NCBI GenBank assembly: GCA_047495785.1
Contig: JBLDXI010000007.1
Span: 3,534,001 to 3,598,000 of the forward strand
Reading direction: 5' to 3'
Source of the DNA: Lepidodermella squamata
Taxonomy: Eukaryota; Animalia; Gastrotricha
Length of the DNA stretch: 64,000 nt
Part shown: positions 1 to 11,683 of the stretch, in pieces
How positions within the stretch are numbered: the first letter of the stretch is position 1
Layout: each line of letters opens with the position of its first letter
Position numbers and translations under genes: made by a program
The notes under the pieces: generated by a model
What the model was told of the DNA's origin: nothing
What the model saw: the letters and a program-made list of their open reading frames with translations, nothing else
The model's database searches: none

Positions 1-2199
1 CCTCGGCGACTAGTTGGTCATCATAGGCAAGGTAGCACTTGCCTTTTTGACCCAGTTGAAGGGACAAATGTAGCCCTTTGAAATTGCTGAAGATGCCCAA
101 GCGCCCGTTTGAGTCATTTCCTAAATTTCCCTTTGACATTGAACTGAGAAAACTTAATAAGAAACTCACCAACTGTCGCGAGATTCTCGGAAACTCCAAA
201 TACAAAATATCCGAAAGAATTCGGATCGTATTTCGAGCTTACGTCCATTTCAGCTCGAAATCCGCCATCTGGCAATGCGTTCACGACAAAGGCTGAGCCG
301 TAATCGATTGCCGGGTACGAAGTTAATTGTAGCCCATTAACATCGATACGAGCTCCTGACTGCAAAGAGAGATTCGCCGAGCTAGACGTTGACGGGTTCA
401 GTATGTCGAATGAGTTTGCGACGAGATAATCAGGTGGAAATTCCCACATTTCGGGAAGTGATAATGATGCAACATCAGGCACTGGCAATTCACCCGAACC
501 AGCAGTTGTGGGCGCTAATGTTGATTCAGTTGTAGTAATACTGGTGGATGAGCTCGGTGAACGGGTTGTTGAAGATTGACTTGTGGTTGGGCTCGCGGTA
601 CTCGGACTAGTGATAACACCAGTCGTTGAAATACTCGTTATAGGGATGGTTGTTGTTGATTGACTAATTGAAGTTGATGGCTGATTGGTGGTTGTTGTCG
701 AGGAAGATAGACTCGTTGAGGTTGAGGATGTAGTAGTAGGTTGATTTGAAGTGGTGCTGGTTATTGGTGACGTAGGTGATGTCGAAGAAGTCGGCAGCGT
801 CGTAGTTGTAGTTGAGGGTGCCGTAGTCGTAGAAGATGAGGTCGAAGAGGGACTCGTAGACGGCGATGTGGACGTTGTTGGGGTGGTCGTTGTAGAAGTT
901 GACTGTGTCGTAGAAGTTGTAGTTGGGGTGGTTGTAACTTGGGATGTACTGGTTGATGCAGTCGTTGCAGCAGGCGTTGAAGCTGTTGAAGACGTTGCAG
1001 CACTTGAAGAAAGTTTCCATAGATTAGCAGACTTGAGTGTGAAGTTACCTGCATGTTCAGGGGGATAAATATATCACTCAACACAAGCTTCAGTTTTCAA
1101 TAATTCTAATTGAATTCAGCGGAGACATAAAATTATGTCCCCACTGTTGTCTTCCATTCCCAAGTGATTGACGCAATTCACGTGGCTTTCAGTTGGGAAG
1201 ATTTACTCTCCGTGCTAATGGTCGCCTCAGTCCATTCGTTCTACTTATATCTAAATTTATTGATTTTTGTCCAAAGTGTTTTGAAAATATGTTTTCAATG
1301 CGCTTGTTGGAAATGAGCCAAATTCAAAATTCACAGATAGAAGCCCGTCGAAGGGCTTGGTTACGATTAGAAACATCACTAGTAGAACTTGAAAATCACC
1401 GTTATTCCCGCAAAATCCAAGCAGTCGGATTTTACAGCTACCGCCCCCAGCGATTGCGCCTACCCCAGAAACGGAGACGTCGCTGAAGCAAACAGCCGTT
1501 GGCGTTGCCCCGTTAGCCGGCAACTGTGCCACACCGGGCTGATGAGGTTGCAACAGGAGTAAGTGGCGGCTGCCCAGTTGCTGGCAGTCCAACAGCACCT
1601 ACGCCGGCGTAGGTAAAGCCATTCTGTCCAAACTGCTGCCAAACATGTAGCCCAGTAACCCCAGAAGCGTTTACTCCACCGGGACAAAAGTTGGCATCTG
1701 AATAAAAGTAAGTATACTTAGGCTTGTAAATACTTTCTGTTCAATGAATCTTCACATACATTGGCTGACCGCTGTGGATGAAAGCGTTACTCCACTCCAA
1801 TGATAGCTACCACCGGACGGGTATATCGTGTCGTAATCGATTTCCAACCGGAAATCGGTTGTGCCGCTCGGCATTGCTGTGCTGTAGCTCACCCTACCAC
1901 CCATTGTCGCAGGAGTCTGGACAAGCAGGCCGGCTGACGACTGCGAACCGCTTGGCAGGTATACAGAGCTGAAAAAGGCGCCGGCGGATGTACTGACTGT
2001 TGAGCCGACAAAAGAGTTGCTTGAGATAAATGTTGGAGTTCCCGCGTAGAGATAAGGCAAGGGCAGTGAAGCAGTGTCTGGGCTTTGGCAATCCACTAAA
2101 TATATATTATGAATATTGGCTACAATTTGATACTCAGGCCCAATACTCACCATCGACGGCCATTATCACCGCTGAAAGGAGAACTGTAAGTACTTTCAT
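1..2199 (-). CDS. Family member A (3' part off-window): signal peptide + D1 + Thr/Ser mucin stalk + D2; probably continues into a pLGIC
   Basis: ATG at 2199 gives MKVLTVLLSAVIMAVD, then a GT-AG intron, then QSPDTASLPLPYLYAGTPTF...FRLEIDY (D1). A Thr/Ser stalk lies at ~490-1015, and D2 begins PVPDVASLSLPEMWEFPPDYLVANSFD. The layout matches the complete channel genes in the window; the channel part itself is not visible. Confidence 0.8.
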
Positions 2200-2929
2200 T
2201 TATTTAGCTGAAAGCTGACTGCTGAATCTACAAGAGCAAATGTTTTTAACAATAATTCTCGAAGAGGGAAGGTCTGCGTTTCGCTATTTGGAGTTTTATG
2301 ACCAATGCATTTTTCATGAACTTCCATCCTCACTTCGGAGAGCAGTAAGTCGCTTTAAAAACATTTTTCAGAGGAATCACCATCCGCAGCTTTACATATC
2401 AATAATGCTATGGTAAGAGGCAGATTACGCACTCATGCGTAGTAGGACTCAGACGATATAGTACAGCGCAATGGATACGACATGAGCTAATGCTTCTTTA
2501 TTGGGATATATAATTTAGAATTTAGCCAGAGATCGAGGACTTTTTACGTTTTGTGGTATTGGATTAAGAATTTCGTGCAGAATTTTGCTCACCTATTGCG
2601 CTAAGCTTCACTTGAAGTTCGATCATGTGACCACTATTTGAGCGGGGAACTGTGATTCCTCGACGGGTTGATTCTGCTAAGATGTTTAAACACGCAGCTT
2701 GTCGATTTACGAATACGAAGGCAGGGCATAAAGATATTGGCCTATAATCACTATAAATGAATCACTGTTCACTGTTGAGCAGGGCGCAATTTCTGAAATC
2801 GGAACGCAGGTAGGCGGAGTTTTTTTAAGCATGCAATAAAATGCAGATAAACAAACCCCCATGGCGTTCGAAACTTTGTGAAAAACGTAGGGGTTTTAAC
2901 CTGTTGATTTGCAAATGTAGGCTAACAAT

Positions 2930-3950
2930 TTACACTCGATTTACCCCCCTCAGAGCTGGACCTCTGACCTATCTCAAACTCTTGACCTATCTTTACCCAA
3001 GCTGGAAACTATTCAGTTGATACCGTTCAGTTAATTATAGTTAATTACAATACGGGCTTGTACTACGCGAGCCCTCCAACTCAGTCGGGTATTTACACGG
3101 ATAGCGGGTGGATTAGCCTAAAAGTCTTGGCGCCTTCAACCAACACCAATTATCGAATTGAGCTCGATCTCGAAGTTGGTTACGCAGCAGCGAACAACGG
3201 CACATTAGCTTGATTCGAATTAAATTATTCGTCAGCATCATATTGCATAATACACATATCAGTATTGAGTGACCATAAAAATGAACGAACATTAATCGAT
3301 GGATTACCAGTCCTTACCTTTGGCACGAAATCGCCCCGAATGCTGTTGGCGGGTAAGCCACTATGGGGTTCCCGCCATTCACGACCTCATGACGGAAATT
3401 TAACCTCGGTTCGATACCGCTTGGATGGGCTTCGAAATGGTGCTGAAATCAACATTCAACACTTTCGCGCAATAGTCGCATGGAAATTCAAAATTATGAA
3501 AGGGGGATGTCCAACAAACTTTTTCGCTCACGCCTTTTTCTAAACTCTCTCAAGAATATCTCGAAAGAGCGATTGGATGAGAAATAATAGATAACAGTTC
3601 CACAAGTCTCTCTGTGATTTTGGAACCGTGGCTTTTGCTCCACTGCCCGATCCTATACCCTAAACGTTGTTCAAAATAGACAGTCTAACTTTGCTGATTG
3701 ACTTAGGGCGTCCTTGACCTGCTGCTTGTTGCTCACAAATGCTTCACGTTCTAAAAAGATGATCTTTGGCCTGATAGTAAGTGGGCGACCGACGACAACT
3801 ACACTTGCCCAGCGTAGATCTGCTGCGAACCCAAGTACGGCTGCGACTAGCACTCCAGTTGTATCGTCGTCAACAATTTGTGTATACCCGGCTTCAACCT
3901 CGAAAACTAACTCATCGGCTCTCAACCCTATGACAGCGCAACAACAAGCA
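2930..3950 (+). pseudogene. Degenerate remnant of a D1 + stalk family gene
   Basis: Scattered motifs with no continuous frame: YRIELDLEVGY (3151-3183; compare FRLEIDYDTIY), VAFAPLP (~3630; compare VAMAPLP), and KKMIFGL followed by a Thr/Ser-rich run (~3750-3930). Confidence 0.5.
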
Positions 3951-5151
3951 TTACTTGAGCTGCATATTCACCATGTTCACAAAGCTTTTATTGTTATCAC
4001 GTTAATCAGGTCACAAATACACAGTATTGCATCTATAGCTAATCGCAAGAATTTGCTTGAAAAGATTTAGGAATTTAGTTGTCTCCAGCAATGATTCCGT
4101 AAAATTCAGAGAGAGCGGGTCAAATTGAGCTATGTAGTGAACTTGTGTTGCTGATTCATAGCGCGATCACGCATGCCCGATAAACATGTGATTCCTTAGC
4201 CTGCCCTCAACCCCGACTTCAACTCCCAAAAAATTCGGAGGAACTCACTTTTGGTTCCATCATTTATGCGATTATTTCGTGAAACCACCGTGCAGCAATT
4301 CGAAACGATAATTCAATTAGGCATAATCATGGCTTATTAAGCGGCTTTTTTCATTCGTTTCTTAATGAGGGAGAAAAAAACGCTAATGAGCCCCTCACTA
4401 AACAAGTTAAGAGACAGCAATCCTGCCAGTTATATATGGGGTAGCAATAAATCAGCTAGTGCGCGCAAACATGGAAGTGTTGGCTTGAAACACACTGTAT
4501 ACTGTATCGCGTGACGTAGTGCCTTCGTTTTGAATTCAACTTTAGCACAGTTCACAGATAAATCTTGATTCAGAATTCGAAAGCTCTCTCAAAAGCTTGT
4601 CAATAGCTTTGATAGTTCTTACCCCTGGCGATTGGTTGTTGAGGAATCCTACTCGGCAGTTGCCTGTTTGTGGCTCATTAGTTATGGACAGCGGCATCGG
4701 TCGAAAATGTGAGTGGAGCTAGCAGATAGTGGGCGAATTGACTATCTTACTTCTCAGCGCTGCTGTGTAGATTTCAACTTGAAAGCTATTTTGAATAAAT
4801 GTTTCATGAAATGTGTTAAACTTTGCAATTGAAAGCTGAAAGATTTTTTATTATTCCCGACAGAAATTGCATGATTGCTAGTACATCATAGCTGCAGAGA
4901 ATCGAGGGGAAACACATGTTCTATTCTCAATCCTAGAGGTCATGGATTATTTAGCAGTAATAGGGTATTACGTGTGAATCAAAAGTGATGTCTCAAAAGT
5001 CACGAGTGCTGCGTAAAAAGCGATTTGGATGTTTACGAAGTTGTGCATGAGACCGAAATAGCAGCCCTCAAACAGCGTATATTTCCATCATTACAGACGA
5101 GTTCTAATCTGAAAGCTAAAAGCTTCGAGCACAGCTTTTGAAATTTTGAAG

Positions 5152-8100
5152 ATGATAACAAAAGCTGTTTTATTGATGGTGTTGCTGGTTGATATCGGTA
5201 ACGATCCCAATGAACGTGCATATTAAACCTTTTGATTTTCTCTTAAAGCCCACAGCCAGTCTCCAGACGTCGCAACCTTTCCGCTGCCTTACCTGTACGC
5301 TGGAACTCCGACATACAGATCGGCAATATCTTTCATCGGTTCATCGGTGTCTACAGGATATTTCAGTACTTTTGAAGCAGATCAAACTGGCGCTGGAATA
5401 TTGCTTCAAGATTTGGCTTACAACGGCGGGCGCATCCACTCTGGTACGGCTATTCCATCAGGCGATAGCAACTTTCGGGTCGAAGTTGATTACGACGCTA
5501 GCTATTCCAGTACAAGTCTGGCAATGTCAATGATTTCCTTCTCGTCAACATCTTACGGCTACGTCGTTGACGATCCGAGTAAAATTAATTCTTCATCTCA
5601 ATTCGATAGATATTTTCAACGTGTGTACAGACCCCTGTGACTATACAATCGACCCGACGGGTATTTCAGGGCTGTCGATTTGGCAGGAGCTAAAGCCGAA
5701 TGGAAAAACGTTCGCCTCAATGACTAGCCTTGGCAGTTCACCTTACCCGAAGATAGCAACATCAGCCACCGCCTGCGGGAGCTCCACTCTTTTTACAGCA
5801 TCAAGCTCAAGCTCGAGTTACCGATTAATCATTCAAGTGTACAACGACAAAGTAACTGTTGCTATGGCTCCGTTGCCAGCGAATGGGACCACAGAGACAT
5901 TGCTTTGTTTTGATGGGATAACGGCTACTTCAGCGAGCTCCAATGCAGGCAGTGGGAGTGCGAAGGTGAGATGGTTAGGCTTATGTAACAACGTCGGTGA
6001 GTTGCCACAATATTCCCCAGATTGATGAACCGAGAAAAAACGAATAGGAACCGTAACGGTTAAGAGGTTCAATTTTTGGAAATTGGCTACCAGTGTTTCG
6101 ACTGCTGCCGCATCTACGACTACAACACCTGTGACATCGACTACGGCCACTACTTCACCTACGTCAAGTTCAACTTCTCCAACTTCATCATCAACTACCA
6201 CCCCTACAACCTCTAGAACCCCTTCGACCACAACCCCGACGCCAAGTACCTCTCAGTCAACCTCTACAGCCACAACAGTCACCACAACGACATCTCCGTC
6301 AACATCCAAGGCAGCAACTACATCAACGCCCACGACATCAGCTCTCTCTTCAACTACGACAAGAGGCCACTTAACACCTGAGATCGATTCTTCAACGCTT
6401 CCCTTACCCTACACGTGGGCGGGTACGCCGATGTACCTAGCACAGAATTCATTCGATTTCACGAACTCGTCAATCGATGCGACGGCGTCGCTTTCCGTTC
6501 AAGCCGGAGCGATAATCGATTCAAGCGGATTGAAGCTCGACTCGTACCCTTTGATCGATTTCGGCTCTGCAGTGATTAGCCAGTCTCTGCCCTCCAATCT
6601 AAAGGCGTTGAGGATTGAGCTTGATCTTGCTTCGACTTTCGGTTCTCAAAACTATGGCTACTTTGTAATTGGTATTGGAAGTTCTTCTCCTGTTGCTGGT
6701 GAGTTGAATATCAAGTTGTTCATTCGAAAATTCACTTCAATATTCAGGAATCGACCCAAGCGGCCGGACAACATTGCTCCGTAACTACGATGGAATAATG
6801 TTATCACTTCAACTTGGTAATAATGGATCGTTGTATCTCTCATACAACACAACAGCTACCACTACAAGCCTAGTCGTACCTTTCCAGTACTCGCAACAAT
6901 CCAGCCCGATAACCAATATTTCGACGAACGGAACTGCGGCAATTCGCCTGATTGTCCAAGCTGTGGTAGATAAGCTGACAGTTGCTCTATCATCCTTAAC
7001 CTCTGGATGGCGAGACGTTTTGTTGGCCGATGCTCCCATAGCTGGTTTCAGTTCGTATCAACTAAGCAATAGTAGTGCTAAAATTAGATATTTCGGGATC
7101 AACGGTTCAAATGCTGATGTCACTGTGAAGGATACTCATGTTTGGGCCCTGCAAACATCCCCATCAACCCCGCTACCCACAACAACTGAGAAACCAAGAA
7201 CCTATGATTTCACTGCCAACACAACAGATTTCCCGATCCCGAATCTGATCGAAGGAAATATTTGCTCCTTCATTACAATTGAAGATCTCAAAACGTGTAA
7301 ATACATCAACTCGAATTACAGGTGGGGTCGTTATATTTCAACAATTTTTGAGAATTGAGTCCATTTTCAGGGCTCCAAATTATGGAACAAAGATTTATAT
7401 TCGACTTGACTTCGAAAACTTGATTGATATTAATGCGAAATCCCGAGAAATTCAAGCTTCTGCTAAGCTGACCTTACAATGGGTTGTAACTAACTGTCCT
7501 AGAGCTCCTTCAGTCAATGAAGCTGATCGAATCTACACCGTCAGTCGAAATGAAGTCTGGTCGCCTGTTCTACGCTTTGCCAACACATCCGTGGACAAGT
7601 TTATGGAGATCGATTACAAGGAGAAAGTTCATATAGTTTACTATCCAACTACCCCGAATCGCACGCTATTCTTTCATTGGATAATCTACGGCGTTTTCAA
7701 TTCAAGATGCGTTATGAAGCTGAGAAAGTTCCCATTCGACTCGCAAGTTTGCGATTTCACCTTCGTATTGGATGAATCTGATAAATTTCTGAGTTTTGCT
7801 GGTGCGAAGCTAGTGTTTGACAGGGATTTTGATACCGAGCTGTGGAAGCTTGTCAAATCAAGTACAGTCTATGGGACAACAGCATCGCTGCTCCGGCTAA
7901 ACGGATCGTCTAGCTATGCCACTTTCTACGTCGGTTTTTCGCGCGAACCCATGCCGTATCTAGTCAACAGCATGGCTCCCTGCTGGATCATAATGATACT
8001 TGTCTTCTCTTCACTTTTGTTCCAACCTGACGTTCCCGATCGACCGGTATTTGATGGAACGTTGCTACTGAGTATTATTGTGATCCAGTCAGACGTGCTT

Positions 8101-8364
8101 GATCAGATCCCTGAAACATCAGAATCTGTACTCATGGCTGAGTATATTCTGATTTTATGCGGATTGACAGCATTCATGGCTTTGTACGAGACGGCAATAC
8201 TTGCTGCATCGACATGCTATCCCGGTTTTATGCTTGGGGAATACAAGATCAAGATTTTACGTAGAGCTTGCAGCTATGCTCGAGCTCTGGACATTGCTTT
8301 CTTCTTGCTAAGCTTCGATTTGTTTGCCGCTGTCAACATTCACGCATCGGTTGTAGCTTTTTGA
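5152..8364 (+). CDS. Family member B: signal + D1 + mucin stalk (~93 aa) + D2 + Cys-loop ligand-gated ion channel
   Basis: MITKAVLLMVLLVDI, intron, AHSQSPDVATFPLPYLYAG. Stalk ~6087-6365. D2 starts PEIDSSTLPLPYTWAGTPMY. After a 49-nt intron (7322-7370), the last exon has WSPVLRFAN, Cys-loop CVMKLRKFPFDSQVC (C-x13-C), four hydrophobic helices, and M2 PDRPVFDGTLLLSIIV...IPETSE. Confidence 0.9.
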
Positions 8365-8633
8365 TCTGCGAAGCGGTATCTAATATATCCAAGTGACGTG
8401 GAATTTCTACAAATTTCTACTCATTCACCATTCACTCTGAAAATGTCATTTATTTGTCCTATGATTGCCCACATATTCCGTTCTGTATCATGAGTTCAAT
8501 GAAAAATTAATTGTTTTCCTGTTACCATATTATCTTAATTCACAACATCTTAGTATTCTAGAAACTCGTGAACATAGATTAGTGCGACTAGCCACCATAG
8601 AAGGAGGGCGTTAGATGAACAGGAAAAGGAGTA

Positions 8634-9119
8634 CCGTATATACCGAATTAGTTTACACTGCCTTATAATTTTTTGTTAGCCGTTCAAGTCCTGCCTTAAA
8701 TTCCGGGTCTGCCTTTTATTTAGGGTGTGCCTTATATTCCACAGATTCACAAAAGCGAACTCATCACATAGATTAGTTAGATATCAATTTCATCGCCAGC
8801 AATACTTCTTCTTTACCATGCGTCCCGAGACACCTCGGCGTAATCCTCGTCAGAACCCTCGTGGAAGAGCGTGCAGAGCGTTTTCCATGTCATCGTACCT
8901 CGATTTAAGCCCCGCACCCCCTAGGCGCTTGTGGTAATTTCCGGCGACTGTTTACACAAGGGATTACTCCCTGAGTGGATTACGCACGAGTTCGCATTCG
9001 CGGGCATGGGCCTTATAATTCGGTGATGTCTTATATGTTATTATTCGACCTCGAACCTCTGCCTTAAAATACGTTTCTGCCCTATAATTCGGCGTGGCCT
9101 AGTATTTCGGTATATACGG
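8634..9119. mobile_element. MITE, Tc1/mariner/pogo-like (486 bp)
   Basis: TIR CCGTATATACCGAA ... TTCGGTATATACGG, flanked by TA on both sides; no transposase. Confidence 0.85.
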
Positions 9120-9204
9120 TAATTAGCAAGAGTAAAGAGTGGCAAGTCTGGGCTGTCAAGCGCTCGATTCCGGGCCCTTTTAGTTTCGTGCGCCCCCCCT
9201 TCCC

Positions 9205-9610
9205 TCTCTCAACTTTAATTGCGCAAGCTTGTTAGCCAATTTTTTGGAATACAAACGGTTGATGAAATTTAGCGCTAACAGTTTATTTCCGACCATCAAG
9301 GCCAAGCTGTTTACAGAGCCCATTTTTCATGAAAAATGCAAGCGGACAATCAAGCAGAGAAATTAGCCGAATTATCTCGGTTTTCAGTTTTTCATAATCA
9401 ATTTAAAATATCCGCCTTAAGATTTTAATTATGATTTCTATTCAAGCCTAAACTATTCAACTTCATCTCGCTGAAGATGATTTCTGTTAGAAATCGAAAC
9501 GCCGGAAATAAACTGTTAGCGCTAAATTTCATCAACCGCTTGTTCGCCAACATGTGCCTGTTCGCGCAAATGTTCTTTTTTACCCTCTGCTTGTGCAATT
9601 AATGTTGGGG
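9205..9610. mobile_element. Foldback/MITE-like element
   Basis: Perfect 36-bp inverted repeat (9256-9291 / 9503-9538) inside an outer imperfect IR CAACTTTAATTGCGCAAGC / GCTTGTGCAATTAATGTTG. Ends and TSD are uncertain. Confidence 0.65.
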
Positions 9611-9779
9611 AAGTTTGATATCTTTATTTCCCCTGAATTTGAATATTGCTCATGAGGTTGCTCTTGTACCTTAGCCCGGTTTTGGGTTTTGGGGATACTT
9701 CAAGTACGATCTATGGCCTTATAAACGAGAAAATATCGACAAAAAAATGACTTCCGTTGGTACGTGTTCGATTGTCGTA

Positions 9780-10050
9780 TATAGCTTTGGCCTAACAGTC
9801 TTAACTCTCAACTGATGATCAAATCGCCAGTGGAAATGTGAACAGTCAGCTCTACACGGCATCAAGGGGACCCGTGGCGACGCGATTACGATTATACTTT
9901 CAGAATATGGATGATGGAGAATTGAGCATCTTGTCTCAACCTACAACTTTGGCACCTCGAACTTAGGACTCTCGTGACAAAAGCTCAGAATTCTTTATGT
10001 CCAACTTGATCGAAAAAGACAGCGTTTCAATAATTGAAACCGATTAATTG
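9780..10050 (+). pseudogene. Pseudogenic fragment of the D2 C-terminus and channel N-terminal linker
   Basis: Reads DQIASGNVNSQLY/(frameshift)GIKGTRGDA and LAPRT*DSRDKSSEFFMSNLIEKD, matching NQLASG.A.IQLYG.NG...D and PRTYDF..N...F.IPNLIEG of the intact genes. Confidence 0.7.
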
Positions 10051-10355
10051 ATATCACGAGTTCACCGACCCTGTGAACAGTTAACAGTGAGTCACTTTTG
10101 ACCGATTGAGCATACTCAGTTTGTAAAAACAAAGTAGCTGCCGGCGTTATCCTCTAACGTTAGAGGGTTAGGAGTTAGGAGTAACCAATACTTAATGAGT
10201 ACATATTGATCTTTTTTCCTTTCATTAGTTTCAACGTTATGAAACGATGAATGACGTAAACATTTTAAATAAGTATTGTTCGATATCCAAATAGCATAAT
10301 GAAGATTGTCTGCATCCTTTGCCAAGTGAAACGGGAAACATCGAAACATTGTATG

Positions 10356-10830
10356 TGTCGTAGTCTAATAAGCAATTTAGTTGGATTGGGAATCCAACTA
10401 GTTTAATAAGCAAACTTGTAAAAAGCTAGCTTATAAGGCAATCAAACACACTTATTGCGCGAAACATTACCTCCCTGGGGAAAGGCTTAGATTTTGAACA
10501 GCCTACTCGATTGATAGCGTCAAGCAATGTTTGAAATGCATTTTTGGCTATTTTTGATCCCTATTCCAATTTGCAAAATTAAATTTTGTTATGGTAGAGC
10601 CAGTGCCATTTCGGCGAAATAAACGAGACGGAACGGCCAATAAAACCACTTCTGACCTCCTCCAGGGTTGGATTCTCGACATTTTAGGTGAATTGCGTAA
10701 TATGTTGCTATTTAACCCAAACTTCTGGATTGGATCAATTATCACGATATATTAAACTAGTTTTTTGAGCAAATTGGCAAAAAACTAGTTGGATTCCCAA
10801 TCCAACTAAATTGCCTATTAGACTACGACA
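10356..10830. mobile_element. MITE with ~49-bp TIRs
   Basis: TGTCGTAGTCTAATAAGCAATTTAGTTGGATTGGGAATCCAACTAGTTT matches the reverse complement at 10782-10830 with one mismatch. Confidence 0.85.
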
Positions 10831-10832
10831 TA

Positions 10833-11651
10833 CCGTAAGGCGGTCTTACTTCGGACAGGGTAACTTCGGACACTTTTGACTTTGAACTGGAATTTTTCCT
10901 CAACCCCGGTGAATATAGAGACCGTTCAAATTGCAAACGATAGCCCTGAGTCTTGGCTTTCAAATGACACCAGAAACATTGAAAACAGATAAGAATGCGA
11001 AGAATAGTCCAACTTCTTGGCAGTCATGTCCCGCAACCCAAAATTGCTAACTTTTCACCAGGTAGGTATTTTTTGCTGGAGAGAAGCGGAAAAGATAGAG
11101 CACCATCGATTTAGTAATGCTGTCATGTTCAAACCAATTTTTAACGAAAATTTTGATCAGGAAATACTTTAGAAAACAAATTTTGTCCCGGGTAAGTTCG
11201 GACAGCTTCAAACTACGGGAAATTCAAAAAGATGTCAATTGACCTTGACATTTTTTAAACTCCATATTGTATTGAGAACAGCACTAAGCTGCGTTGGGAT
11301 CACAATTCAATATTGAGGGTTCGAATCCCTCATCATGCATTTTGGTTTTTTTTAAAGTTTTTTTTTCTTAAATCTGCTCACAAATTTCATCTCGCTTTGA
11401 TGTGAACTTTGACCCCAATCTAAATATTCACATTTAGCTGTCCGAAGTTACCCCAGTTGTGTCCGAAGTTAGCCGGACCAGTCTTCCTTCAATACCTGTA
11501 CGGGAAAAATTATTTCCGGAGTTGATACTAGAATATGCAGTTTTTCAAGGCGCATGTTTTGACATAAAGCCCGTCTAAAAATTCGTTCACCTCGAAAAAC
11601 TAAGCCCCAAAAACACGTTTTTGTCCGAAGTAAGACCGAAGTAAGACCGCC
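10833..11651. mobile_element. Non-autonomous TIR element (TA|CCGTA.. pogo/Tc1-like), right end damaged
   Basis: Left end TA-CCGTAAGGCGGTCTTACTTCGGACA. Right end TGTCCGAAGTAAGACCG(AAGTAAGACCG)CC lacks the terminal TTACGG. Internal (C)TTCGGACA / TGTCCGAAG subterminal repeats are present. Confidence 0.75.
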
Positions 11652-11683
11652 ATCATGAAGTCACGTTACATATCTTTTTGCAG

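Noticed and set aside
3265-3560. Possible TE fragment inside the 2930-3950 pseudogene (similar doubts for 41530-41830 and 43830-44200)
   Set aside because: No TIR pair, TSD or transposase motif could be identified.
7279-8364. Assigning nAChR alpha, GABA-A or GlyR gene symbols
   Set aside because: There is no vicinal CC, loop-B Trp or PAR motif, so orthology cannot be supported.
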